Below are positions 10,757-24,114 of a stretch of 64,000 nt of DNA, in pieces (the first letter of the stretch is position 1; every line of letters begins with the position of its first letter). The translations under genes were made by a program, and so were the position numbers. The stretch lies in the NCBI GenBank assembly GCA_013239625.1, contig MU053661.1, positions 1 to 64,000 of the forward strand. The letters are read 5' to 3'. Below the pieces are notes generated by a model, which saw only the letters and a program-made list of their open reading frames with translations, did not search any database and had not been told where the DNA came from. This DNA comes from Lama guanicoe. Lineage: Eukaryota.

Positions 10757-12635
10757 ATTTGGAGATACTTTCGTTCATCTAGCCCAATGGAAACGGGTTG
10801 CTGGAGGAACTCTCTCTGGTTTCTCAGTCTGTTTCTTAGTGCCCATTTTAATTTCCTATAGTTTTCACTGTAAAACCGAGTTGGAGCTTATACCTCCCCA
10901 TATATATGTATGTAGTATAATTTCCAACTGAAAAGAACCTTTGTGTTCCCAAAAAGCTAGATGATTGTCGGTTTTTACAAACACTTCACTCTAAGAATTG
11001 AGCATGTGTAGTGTCGTTCGTCCATCTAGCATTAAGTGCATGGGTGGCTTTAATAACCCTTACTCTTGTTTATCATTATGTTTCCTAGAGCCGCTTATAA
11101 TTTCATGTAGTTTTCCCTGTTAAATCGAGTTTGAACTATTACCTCCAAATATATATGTGTGTAGTGTTGTTTTCCAGTAAAAGAAACTATGTGTTCACAG
11201 CAAGCTAGGTGATTCACGGATTTCACACAAACTTTAGTCTGAGTTTAGCATGTGGACAGACGTCCATTCATCTAGCAGAAAGGGAATGGGTTGCAGTAGA
11301 AACAGTTACTCTGCTTTCTCAGTATGTTTTTTAGTGCATGTTTGAAGTTCATGCAATTTTCACTGTAAAACCGAGTTGAGCTATTACCCCCATATATGTG
11401 CATGTAGAGTAGTTTCCCACTGAAAGAAACTCTGTGTTCCCTACAAGCTAGTTTATTGATGGCTTCCACACAGTCTTAACTCTCAGAACTGAGCAAGTGG
11501 AGAGACGTTTGTTCGTATAGCATAAAGAAACTAGGTAGCACTAGAAACTCATACTCTGGTTTCACAGTATGTTTAATATTGTTGGTTTGAAGTTCATGAT
11601 GTTTTCACTGTAAAACCGAGTAGGAAACTGTACCTGCCCATGTATATTTATGTAGTGTGTTCCTCCCTGTAAACAAACTATGTGATCCCGAGAAGATTTG
11701 TGATTTTCGGCTTTCACACAATTCAATTTTTGGAACTGATAATGTGAGGAGGGATTCGTTCATCTACCCTAAACAGAATGGATTGCTGTAGATACACTTA
11801 CTCTGGCGTCTGAGTATGTTTCCTAATTCCGGTTTGTAATTGATGCAGTTTTCACTGTAAAACCAAGTTGGAGCTTGTACCATCCCATATATATTTATAT
11901 GTATATATACAGTGTAGTTTCCCACTCAATGAAAACTTTGTTTTCCCAACAAGCTAGGTAATTGATATCTTTACACTGAACTAAATCTCAGAATTTAGCA
12001 TGTGGAGAGATTTTCGTTCGTCTAACTTAAAGGGAATGGTTTGCAGTAGAAACGCTAACTCTGCTTTCTCAGTGTGTTTCCTAGTGCCGGTTTGAAGTTT
12101 ATGCAGTTTTCACTGTAATACCGTGTTGGAAATATTACCTCCCCATATACATTTATATACTGTAATTTTCCAGTGTAAAGAATGTGTGTGTTCCAAACAA
12201 CCTAGTTGGCTGACGGCTTTCACACACACTTAACTCTCAGAACTGAGCATGAGGTGAGTCGTTTTTTCATCTAACATGAAAGGAATGTGTTGCAGTTGCA
12301 ACATTTACTCTTGTCTCTCAGTATGTTTCCTTGTGCCGTTTTGAATTTCATACAGTTTTCACTTTCACACGAGTTGGAGCTTGTACCTCCCTATATATAT
12401 CTATATAGAGTAGTTTCCCACTGAAAATAATCTGTGTGTACCCAAGGTGCTAGGTGATTGACGGCTTTCACACACAATAAATTCTCAGAATTCAGCATGT
12501 GGAGAGACGTTAGTTCTTTTAGCAAAAAGAGAAGGGTTTGCAGTAGAAATATCTTCCCTATTTTCTCAGGATGTTTCCTAGTGTCCGTTTAAAATTCATG
12601 TATTTTTCAGTATGAAACCGAGTTGGAGGTAGTAC

Positions 12636-12713
<78 letters not shown>

Positions 12714-15700
12714 TTGTTCCACACTCCAAAGAAACTATGTTTTCCCTACAAGCTAAGTGATGTTTTACATTTGCACACATTCATCTCTCATAACTGAGTA
12801 TCTGAAGAGGTTTTCGTTCAACTAGGATGAAGGGAATTGTTTGCAGGAGAAACACTTACACTGGTTTCTCAGTCTGTATCCTAGTGCCAGTTTGAAATTC
12901 ATGCAGTTTTCACTGTAAAACCGTTTTGGGGCTAGTACCTCCCCATATATATGTATGTAGTGGAGTTTCCAGCTGAATAGAAACTTTGTGTTCCCTTCAA
13001 GCTAGGTGAAGGACTGCTTTCACACACACTTATCACTCAGAACTGAGCATGTGGAGAGACGTTCGTTCATCCAACACAAAGGGAACAGGTAGCACGAGAA
13101 ACACTTACTCTGGTTTCTGTGTCTGTTCCTTAGTTCCTGTTTGAAGTTCCTGTAGTTTTCACTGTAAAACCGAGTTAGAGCTTGTACCTCCCCATATATA
13201 TGTATGCAGTGGTGTTAGCATCTGAAAAGAATCTGGGTGTTCCCAACAAGCTTTGTAAAGGACGGCTTTCACACACACTTATCTCTCAGAACTGAGCATG
13301 TGAAGAGACGTTCGTTCATCTAACACAAAGGGAACGGTTTGCAGGAGAAACACTTACTCTCGTTTCTCAGTCTGTTTCCTAGTGCCGAATGGAATTTCCG
13401 GCACTTTTCACTGTAATGACGAGTTGGAGCTTGTACCTCCCCATATATATGTATGCATGGAGTTTGCAACTGAAAAGAAACTTTGTGTTCCAAACAAGCT
13501 AGGTGAAGTACGGCATTCACACACAATTTTCTCTAAGAACTGAGCATGTGGAGAGACGTTCGTTCATTCAGCACAAAGGGAACGGGTTGCAGGAGAAACA
13601 CTTACTCTGGTTTCTCAGTCTGTTTCCTAGTTTCTTTTTGAAGTTCCTGCAGTTTTCACTGTAAAACCGTGTTGGAGCTTGCACCACCCAATATATATGT
13701 ATGTAGAGGGATTTGCAACTTTAAAGAAACTTTGTGTTCCCAACAAGATGGATGAAGTACAGCTTTAACACACAATTTTCTCTCAGAAATGAGCATGGGG
13801 AGTGCCGTTCGTTCATGTAGAAAAAATGGAATTGGTGGCTGGAGAAACACTTAGTCTGGTTTCTCAGTCTATTTCCCAGTGCTGGTTTGAAGTTCCATCA
13901 GTTTTCACTGTAAAACCAAGTTGGAGTTAGTACCGCCCCATATATATGTATGTATTGGAATTTGCAACTTAAAAGAAACTTTGTGTTCCCAGCAAGCTAG
14001 GTGAAGTACGACTTTCACACACAATTATCTCTCATAACGGAGCATGTGGAGAGACGTTCGTTCATCTAGCACAAAGGGAACGGGTGTCAGGAAAACAACT
14101 TTCTCTGGTTTCTCAGTCTGTTTCCCAGTGCCGTGTTGTAGTTCCTACACTTTTCAGTGTAAAATCGTGTTGGAGCTTGTAACTCCCCATATATATGTAT
14201 GCAGTGGAGTTTGCAACTGAAGGGAACTTTGTGTTCCCAACAAGCTAGATGAAGGACGGCTTTCACACACACTTATATATCAGAAATGAGCATGTGGAGA
14301 GACGTTCCTTCATGTAGCACAAAGGGAAATGGTGGCTGGAGAAACACTTACTCTGGTTTCTCAGACTGTTTCCCAGTGTCCGTTTGAATTTCCTGCAGTT
14401 TTCACTGTAAGACCGAGTTGGAGCTTGTTCCTCCCCATATATTTTTATGCAGTGGGAATTGCAACAGAAAAGAAAATTTGTGTTCCCTTCAAGCTAGGTG
14501 AAGGACGGCTTTCACACACACTTATCTCTCAGAACTATGTGGAGAGACGTTCGTTCATCTAGCACATAGGGAACGGGTTGCAAGAGAAACACTTTCTTTG
14601 TTTTCTCAGTCTGTTTCCCAGTGCCTGTTTGAAGTTCCTGCAGTTTTCACTGTAAAACAGGGTTGGAGTTGTACCTCCCCATATATAGGTATGCAGTGGA
14701 GTTTCCCACTGAAGAGAAACTTTTTGTTCCCAACAAGCTATATGAAAGACGGCTTTCACACACACTTATTTCTCAAAACTGAGCATGTGGAGAAACATTC
14801 TTTTATTTAGCACAAAGGGAGTGGGTTGCAAGAGTAACAATTACTCTGGATTCGCAGTCTGTATCCATGTGGCTGTTTGAATTTCATGCAGTTTTCTCTG
14901 AAAAACATAGTTGGTCTAATCCCGCCCCACACAAATGTATGTAGTTCGTTTTCAAACAGAAAATAATCTTGTTTTCCCAAGAAGCTTTGTAAGGACAGCT
15001 TTCACACTCACTTTTCTCTCAGAGCTGAGCAAGTTGAGAGACGTTGGTTCATCCATCACAGGGGGAATCGGTTGTAGGGGAAATACTTACTCTGGATTCT
15101 CTGTCTGTTTCTTAGCGCCCGTTTGTATTTCATGCAATTTTCACTGTAAAACCAAGTTGCAGATAGCACTTCCACTTACATATATATGTACTGATGATTA
15201 CAATGCATAAGAATCTTTGTGCTTCCAACAAGGTATGTGAAGAACCGCTTTCACACACACTTATCTCTCAGAACTGTGCATGTGGAGAGACCTAATTTCA
15301 TCAAGTAGAAAGGGAATTGTTGCAGGAGAAACACTTACTCTTGTTTCAGAGTTTGTTTCCTATTGCCAATGTGAACTTCATGCAGTTTTCAATTTAAAGC
15401 TGAGTTGGAGCTAGTACTTCCCTATATATATGTATGGAATGTTGTATTCAACTGAAAAGAAACTTTGTGTTCCCAGCATACCAGTTGAATAATGGCTTTC
15501 ACATCCACTTATCTCTCAGAAATGAATTACCTCTCAGAATTGAGCATGTGTAGAGACGTTCATTCATATAGCATAAATGTAATGGGTAGCAGTTGAAACA
15601 CTTACTCTGGTTTCTCAGTATATTTACTAGTGCCAGTCTGAACTTCGTGCAGTTTCCACTTTTGAATCGACTTGGAACTAGTACCTCCCCATTTATATGT

Positions 15701-17314
15701 ATGTAGTGTATTTCCCAAATCAAAATAAATGTGTTTTCCCTACCAGCTAAGTGATAGATGGCTTTCACGCAGAGTTAGCTCTCAGAACTGAGCATGGGGT
15801 GAAGCGTTAGTTCATCTAGGATGAAGGGAATGGGTAGCATTAGAAACAATTATGCTGGTTTTTCAGTCTGTTTCCTAGTGCCGGTTTGAAGTTCCTGCAG
15901 TTTTCACTGCAAAATCAACTTGGAGCTTATACCTCCCCATATATATGTATGTAGTGTAGTTCACCAGTCAAAAGAAACTGTGTTCTCTACATGATTAGTG
16001 ATAGATGATTTCACACATATTCATCTCTCAGAACTGAGCCTGTGGAGAGACGTTCGTTCATCTATGATGAAGGGAATGATTTGCCGTAGAAACACTTACT
16101 ATGTTTTCTCAGTATGTTTCCTCATGCCAGTTTGAATTTCATGCAGTTTTCACTGTAAAACCATGTTGGTGCTAGTATCTCACTATATATATTTATGTAG
16201 TGTAATTCCCAACTGAAAAGAAACTGTGTGTTCCCAAACATCTTTGTGATTGATGGCTTTCATACACACTTAAGTCTCAGAATAGTGCATTTTGAGATAC
16301 GTTCATTCATCTAGCATAAAGGGAATGGGTTGCAGTAGAAACACTACTCTGGTTTCTCAGTTTCTTTCCTAGTGATGGTTTGAATTTCATGCAGTTTTCA
16401 CTGTAAAGTCGACTTGGAAATATTATCTCTCCATCTATATGTATGTAGTGTAGTTCCCCACTCAAAAAAACTGTGTGTTCCCTACAAGCTAATGGATTGA
16501 TGGCTTTTGGACACATTCAACTCTCAGAACTGAGCATGGACATAGGCATTTGTTCATCTTGAATGAAGGCAATGGGTTGTAGTAGAAACACTTACTCTGG
16601 TTTCTCATTATGTTTCCTAGGTCCGGTTTGAATTTCATGCAGTTTTCACTGTAAAACCAGGTTGGTGCTAGTATCTCACCATATAGATATAGTGTAGTCC
16701 CCAATTGAGAGGAAACTGTGTGTTCCCAACAAGCTAGTTGATTGATGGCTTTCACACACATTCAACTCTCAGAATTGAACATGTGTAGATGCTTTCGTTC
16801 ATGTAGCATAAAGTGATTTTGTAAAATTAGAAACACTTTCTGTGATAGTTCTAAGTATCTTTCCTAGTGCCGGTCTGAAGTTCATGCAGTTTTCAGTGTA
16901 TAACCGTGTTGGAGCTACTACCTATCCATATATATATGTAGTTTAGTTCCACACTCTAAAGAAACTGTGTTCCCAACAAGATAGTTCATTGAGCGATTAC
17001 ACGCACATTCAACTCTCAGAATTGAGCATGTGGAGACGCGTTCGTTAATGTAGCATAAAGGGATTGAGGAGCCATAGAAACACTTAATGTGATTTCTCAG
17101 TATGTTTCTTAGTGTCAGTTTCAAGTTCATGCAGTTTTCTCTGTAAAACCGAGTTGGAGCTAGTACCTCCCCATATATATTTATGTCGTGTATTTTCCCA
17201 CTGAAAAGAAACTGTGTTTTCCCAACAAGCTAGGTGATTGACGGCTTTCACACAAATTCAACTGTCAGAATTGAACATGTGGAGAGGCGTTCGTTCATCT
17301 AGCATAAATGGAAT
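10757..17314 (-). repeat. Same ~249 bp satellite, ~26 copies, reverse orientation
   Basis: Reverse-complement monomer motifs (cagttttcactgtaaaaccgagttggagcttgtacctccccatata; gagcatgtggagagacgttcgttcatctagc) recur about every 249 bp. Confidence 0.97.
12639..12707. repeat. (TA)~34 microsatellite inside a satellite monomer
   Basis: Uninterrupted TA run at the position where other monomers read ccccatatatatgta. Confidence 0.97.
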
Positions 17315-18581
17315 TTGAAAGCGTTGATCATGATCTATGTTGGAAGGAAAAGAGTAAAGGGAACATTACTTTAGAGCTTTTATAGTTATGGTCAGCATAC
17401 ATGACAGAATTTCATTTTCAGCAGCAGATTTTTTCTAAGGTTCAGAAAATTTAATTCTTTCTTGTAACTGGACATAGATAGTGAATGTTTTAAAGTGTTT
17501 GAGCAACTGATTTAAAGTAGAAATGTTACTTTGCTTTTGGTCTTTAACATAAGGGAATATCCAGAATTCCAGTGGCAGTTCAAAAGCAAGGGCCTGAACC
17601 TTGCCTATTACTTGTTTTAAGTACAGTAAGAATAAATGTATATTAGGGTACTGTGGATAACTGAAGGGCTGCTTGGATATGTTATATGTCAGTTATATTT
17701 TCAAAAATTATAGATATCATGAAAATCAATCAACCTTGGAGATCTATTTGGTATAATTCAACTTTAATAATGTAGATTTAGATAGCCCTTTTGTTTATGT
17801 AACTCTTATGAAAATAAGTTGGCTTTTTATAACTCCTTTGTAGATAAATGATTAATTATTGTGGGTTTTTTTATCACTTGCTTCTTAAAAATGGGATATT
17901 AATTGCACAATATCTATTTTCCTTCAAGTTCTTACTTTTTTCTCTATTTATCTTGACTTATTTAGGTAAGTTAACCCGTAGTTTTATTTATTTTAAATAC
18001 TCAGTATGTTCTTCTGTCTGTTGCTTTATTAGACAGCAAGAATTCTTTATTATTTTTAATAAAATATACTTGCAGGAAACTACACTGGGATTCTTTCATT
18101 CACAGAGTCAAGCAATGACACCTGTTTTGTTAGATCAGGTGTCTAACCCTCTCAACTTCCAAAAGATTACATGAAGAAAGTTAAAAACACCATTAATGAT
18201 CGACTAAAATATTTATTGTGTTCTTTGATTAAAAGTATAAATATGGATCAGTCTTAAATTCGGATGCAAAGCTTTTATGAATTACATGGGTCTTCTCCAC
18301 AATTCTTTAGTTTGGGCTTTAAACACTCCAGTAAAAAACTGGTTTGTAGGAAGAAGAAAGTCGAGAATAGATTCAATCCAATTTCTATGGGAATAAACAA
18401 AGCTAGATGTTTCAGTCATTTTTGAAGCAGAACAGATACGTTTTCCGCAGCATATGATTTTAATAATATTCATCTGAACATACAGTTTAGACACATGAGA
18501 CCACAAGCCAACAAGATCTCAGGCAAATTAAGAAAAACAACTGAGGGGATTTTCTACTGCAAAACTTCACCTAACTCGAAC

Positions 18582-19102
18582 TGTAATAGAGAACAAGTCT
18601 GAATCCACATTGGAAATGTTCCTTTAGTTTGAAGCACTCTGCCCTGTTTTCCAGGCTTAATCTTGCTGGCTATGCAACTTTAAAACAACGTTGCCTTTAG
18701 CCTAAAACCTACAGGAAAGCCTATTCTCGGGGCTCTCATCTTTAAGGATGTTAGCCCTTCTGCACTTATGCCCGGATGGCAAGTTGCAAAATAGAGAATA
18801 GCCTTTGTTTTGTTGGAGATTTTCAGGGACACCACAGCCTGACACACATGGATGGCTGCAAGAACAAAGAATGCCTGCAGCAAGAAATTTGCACAGCCAA
18901 CGTCACCCCCTCACCATTTTAGCTTAAAAGGAGCCTGAATTCTGACTTGGGCAAGATGATTCTCCAGGACATTAGTCCCCCTTCTTCTTGGTCTGCCAGC
19001 TTTCTGAATAAAGTTACTATTCCTTGCCCCAAAACCTTGTCTCCTGATTCATTTGTTTATCAATGTTGTGCAGCGAGCAGAACAAGTTTGGCCTCGGTAA
19101 CA
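18582..19102 (+). mobile_element. Solo ERV1-type LTR, 521 bp (right-arm copy) with GAAC target-site duplication
   Basis: gaac|TGTAAT...GGTAACA|gaac; AATAAA at 19007-19012. Confidence 0.88.
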
Positions 19103-21787
19103 GAACCAGCTTTGTCATTCCGTCTTATGTGAAATCTCTCTGGGTGTACACGTGCTTGCCTGGTGGTGGTGGTGGTAGTAGGCAAAAATATTTCACTTCT
19201 CCTGATTTCAATAGGCTAAAATTTCCTGCTATTTAAGTCAACTGTAGACTTTAACAGAATACCTGCAGATGTGATTCTGGAAACTACAAAAATTCCAACA
19301 AAGAAAATAATTCTATTGTCTCCAGACAAGATAGTTTTCCTCAAAACTGAACAGCTATGAGACACACTTCAGGAGTAGAGATAGGTCCAGTGTGCTTCAT
19401 TTCCCATGCTGTTCTGACACAATTTTCCACTTATATCTGAGTCAACTAAAATCGGTCTTCAAAAGCAGATGCTCTGGCATGATACAACAATGTCAATTCC
19501 GCTTATTTATTGAGCCAGGTCAGCTTTAGAATAAATGATTTTATACCAAACTTCTGCTTGATGTCCTGTCTTCTCCCTGGTGGCTAATTCCTTCTTCTTT
19601 CTTCCTAAAAGTACTCCTGTTATGGGAAGTTAGCCTTTACTGTGCACATTCAAGTGGGAAGGCACAAATTAAATATGTGAGGGGATGACATACATATTTA
19701 CTTCTTACTTATACTTATATACAAGCACAGAGAACCTGTGTCTTGAAAGACGTCACTTCCTATTGTGGGCAAGAGGATGGTCTATAGTTCAATCAATGAC
19801 CTAAAAGCAGTTCTCTAGGATATAATAAAGCAATGCTTGATTTATAAGACAGAACAACCCCTGGATATGAATCAGTGGCACCAGTCAGTGGGTGCACAGG
19901 TGTGCACACACACGCCCATGCACACGGAGCAGCTTTGGAGACACCACATCTGTGCTGATGGAGCAGTCATGCTGGGAAGGTGAGGAAAAAGTGCCTAATA
20001 CAATCAAACCAGGACACCTGAGTAATGGGTAATAGGCGTCAATTGAATTTTTGGTTAGGTGAAGATCAAACAAAAAAAGGTTTAGTTTCAAACGTCATTG
20101 CTAAAAATTTCCTTAAAGCACAGGCTCCTGTTTTCCTGCCTTGCTTAGTGTCATATGGCATATTAAACGTGACAGATTCACATTTCTCTGACAGTGGAAC
20201 GGGAAAGGCCTTGCTGTCATATTTCTGAACATTAGTCTATGTTTTGCAGCACAGTGGATACTGAAAATGGGGCAAGTTTAGTGAATGGGAATGGACATAA
20301 CCTAGCAGTCATTGACAGTGTGTGATTTGCCAATTTTCTCCAAAAAGCAGGGGTAGCAAGCAAATCAGATAAATTTAGGTTCTTGGGGTGGGGAGTCAGG
20401 TGGGCTGACAGCTGGGTGGTCCCAGGTAGCTTGTTTTACTGTCTAAATTTGTGACTATGATCCAGACAGGGACACATTGTCAAATTCTTGTGCCTGTAGC
20501 TATGATACCTGGCCAAGTCTGTGCAGCCAATTTTATCGATGGTGCATAATGAAGATAACTAACATTCCCTGAGGACCAGGTTGTGTGACTTCCATGCATT
20601 GACTCACTGAATTCCCTAAGCACCCTTTGTGGTACATAGTAGTCTTAAAATATGCAGCAGGCAATTATTCTGTTTGCAGATGATAAAGTGAAGCTCTGAA
20701 CTTTTGAGGCCTGGCCCGAAATCATGAAGATGGGAAGACGCCGTGCTGGGAGCTGAGCTCGGGCCAGGCTACAGAACCTGAAGGGCCCAGCAAGTCCCCT
20801 CAGCCAGGAACCAGTCCCACAGCCACTGCCAGGCCCTGTGCTGTTTCTATGAGTGCTCATAGAAAAATGCCAGGGACTCCGGGTCAATGTGACTTGATTA
20901 AGAAATTCAAACTGGGATAGCCTTTTGTTGAGGACTGTAACCTGGGAGTGAAACTGGCAGTGAAATAAGGGAGGAAACAGCCCTGGTTGTAAGAATATTT
21001 CTAGGGAAGAAGTCTCCCTGATGGGCTGGCATGGGAATCGCTGTGGTTGCGAGCCCCCTGTTGCCCTGTGGGGGTGTGGGAAGGGACGGAGAGGGACTGT
21101 TCAGACAGGTCATAGTCACTACAGTTATGAGTTCTCTTCCCTCACAGCTCAGACACATGCAGGACATGAGGATGCTTAGCTAATGACCAACAGTGGGTAG
21201 CAAAGGCCAAGAGTGGGGTGGGGAGGAGAGATGGGACCACCTTCTAGAAGAACCTCTGCCCCAGGGGTCCAGGAAGGTAATGAATGATTGGTGATGCACA
21301 AAGGGTTTGTATGGCCACATCAGGTAGTTCCTACTTTAAACTGATAGTCTGGAATATATGGTCAAATACGGTGGAATGACTGCTCTTATTTTTGGTTCTA
21401 CAAACACTTAAACAGATAGATTTCTATCTCCATTATACCAGCACTGCTGGATAACCTTTATAGTCATGTGTGGATCAAAAGAGTGATTACTTATTAATAC
21501 TATTACCATGTTTCTAATGAATTAACACTTCAGCAATAGAATAATGGCCACACTTCTTAACAACTGCCTCTGTAAGTGTTCTTGTATGTCACAAATAATA
21601 ATTATAAAGAAAATATATTAAAAATAACAACAATTACATTTGCAAAAACTATGCCGTTTATAACGATGATAGTGTTAGCATCTCCCTCTCATATTAAACA
21701 ATACCCATCACTGGATACCTTAGGAAGCAACACCAATGCATTTTTGGACTCTTCAAGTTCTTCACCCCATGAAGCTTTTCTACTCAC

Positions 21788-21994
21788 ACTGGTCCACCAC
21801 AGCCGGAATTGCTGTTCCTTGCATGGTGGGCTGCCATGCTGCGATATCCTGGGCTTTTTCTGGCACCATGCGTCTATACTGGGTAGTCAAGTTTCCACAT
21901 ACCCAATCTGATTTGCAATATATTGTTCTCCAGAGCCAACAGAGGGGCCACTGGAAAGAGGCCACAGATAAGGTGGTGAACCCAAACTGAATAC
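21788..21994 (-). pseudogene. ANO6: ANO6 exon 17 pseudo-exon, right-arm copy (207 bp)
   Basis: caacAG|gtattcagtttggg...gtggaccagt|GTgagt on the minus strand. Reads IQFGFTTLSVAS / PVAPLLALENNILQIRLGMWK / LTTQYRRMVPEKAQDIAAWQPTMQGTAIPAVV across three 1-bp indels. Confidence 0.95.
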
Positions 21995-24114
21995 CTGTTG
22001 AACGAATGGATACACAACATGGAGTGGTGGATGGATGGAAGGACAACATAAATTCCTTTACTCCTGTAAAGAGAGAGGCGCAAATGGTGAACTAAATCCC
22101 AAAGAGAAAAGACATTCATGGTAATAATAATGTTCAACAGTGAAAGAATCGAAACAAAAGGCAAATATAAAAGCCCTGGGAAAAATCTCATTACAACCTT
22201 TCTTTCACGTATATACCCTTAGTAGGACTAACATATTTAAAAATATTTAACCAACCGTAGTTATTTGCTGGTAATAAACTTGAGAATCTTGAAGCATATT
22301 ATTCACTCTCAGTGTTGAAATAATACAATCTTGGAAGATGATTTGTAATTGAGTATTAAAAAAGAATATTTTGGATGTATCTAACAATTTAAATAGAAAT
22401 AAGAAATGTACCTTTGGGAAAGCTCTGCATAGAGAATGTTGGAGGAAATACAATGAAAATAGGCAAGTGAGCAAGCTGGGAATTGAGTGCAGCACATTCA
22501 GAGAGTCTATGAATTTATGACTAGTCACAGATAGGTATGCAATTAAAGTGCCTTCATAAGCAAAATATCCTTCTTCAGGAATTTTTATCTTGATATTTCT
22601 ATGGTCTGTGTGGTCACAGGAAGTCAAAATTTTGGTGGTGGCTTAGAAGTCCTTTTCTCTCTGTGTGTAATTTATAGGGCATTGCTACTGACGGTACAGC
22701 AGAGATCTGCGGTAAGCTGTTCCATGGGGTGGGGGAGCAGTTAGAAATGATAAGGCCAGAGATCAAAAAGACTTGTAGACCCTCCACTCTTAACTGGCAG
22801 ACCTTTAAAGTAAATTAGCACAGGTATGTAACTAAGACACTGGATGAGAGGCAAATTTATAGTCCCTTTCGTGTTACTTCTCAGTCAAGGGGTAGGGAAC
22901 ACTCTGGCCAGGAATGGCAAGATGGGGTGGATGGGTAGGAGGAGCTGACATTTGCTTCTGACCTGAGAGGCAGGGGTGTGTTGCAGAAAAGCCGACAGTG
23001 CTGGAAAGATGCAGCAGGTCCACCGCCCAAAAGGAGCTGTCATATTCAGGGAGGTCAGAGAGCAAGAACCAGAGTTAGTGATGCCACAGAGACAGCAGCG
23101 TGGCAGCAGTGATGTCAGTATCTGTGTCCATAACCCACCTAACCCTACATGAACTCATCTGCCTACAGGGGGCAGGTAAGTAGCAGAAATGTGTGGAGTG
23201 GGTGCAGCCACCGGCAAATTGGCAAGTGGACATCTTAATGAAACGCTCTGCTCACAGTCACCATATTGGAAATAGGGCCTCACACTGTCAGATCTCCTTC
23301 TTATTCAAGAGAAGCCAGAAATTAAGAGTTTATTAGCAATCAACCCAGTTCAAAACCCAGAAAATATATCATTTATAATGACAACAAAGGCACAGACAAT
23401 TCAGAAATAAATTAGTGAAAAATGTTAAGAAGATTCTGATAAATGACTTAAAAAAATGTTGATTGAATGAACATTAGAATACACCATCCTCTTCACTGGG
23501 CAGACTCAAGTTTGGGGGACATAAAACATTTTTTCTCCAAAATAAATTTTGAATCTGAATGCAAATTTAGTTAATAATCCCAAATGGATTTAAGAAAAAA
23601 ATCTGAAAGGTGATCCTAAATTTATTACAGAAATATACCCATATATACAAATAAAATAATGAGGAGGGATGTTTGAATTTGTAGTATTAGGGACATTCTG
23701 GAAAAGGATAAAATGGGACCAACTTTATGAGGTATTAATTTATGGCCGTGGAAACAGTATAGAAACAGTGCACTGAGAGTATGAATGAAATAGATTACAT
23801 TTCAAGAACAGATGTGGATACTTATGAGATTTTATTAATATTATAAAACTGACACTTCAAATTAGTGGATTCAAGTACTAGAGTAATTAGCTACATCATT
23901 GGAAGACCTGGTACAGTGTCCTCATTAATGATATTAAAATAAATTCCAGATAATTTTTTAATTAAAAAATAAAACACCAGAACTAAGCTGAAATGATTTA
24001 ATCTGTTCAGATTTTCAAGCGAGAAGAACATTCTAAAAAGCTTTTGGAACAAAGACCAACAAGAGCAGAGGCCTAGCAACTCAGCAAGGCCAGCAACGCC
24101 CACTGTAAAACAAA

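Noticed and set aside
13300..13600. CENP-B box in the monomer (ttcg...cggg)
   Set aside because: TTCG and CGGG are ~20 nt apart (ttcgttcatctagcacaaagggaacggg); the canonical TTCGnnnnAnnCGGG needs 7.
8403..17314. CRISPR-like array or repeat-protein gene (recurring ORFs such as MCVKAVLHLACWEHKV)
   Set aside because: The whole 249-bp unit repeats with no unique spacers and no cas genes. The ORFs are short by-products of the satellite, broken by stops.
18075..18345. Two exon-like segments (ttgcAG..63 bp..cagGTgtct on plus; accAG..53 bp..catGTaatt on minus)
   Set aside because: They are on opposite strands and the translations (ETTLGFFHSQSQAMTPVLLDQ; FFTGVFKAQTKELWRRP) match nothing I recognise, so chance splice-like motifs are likely.
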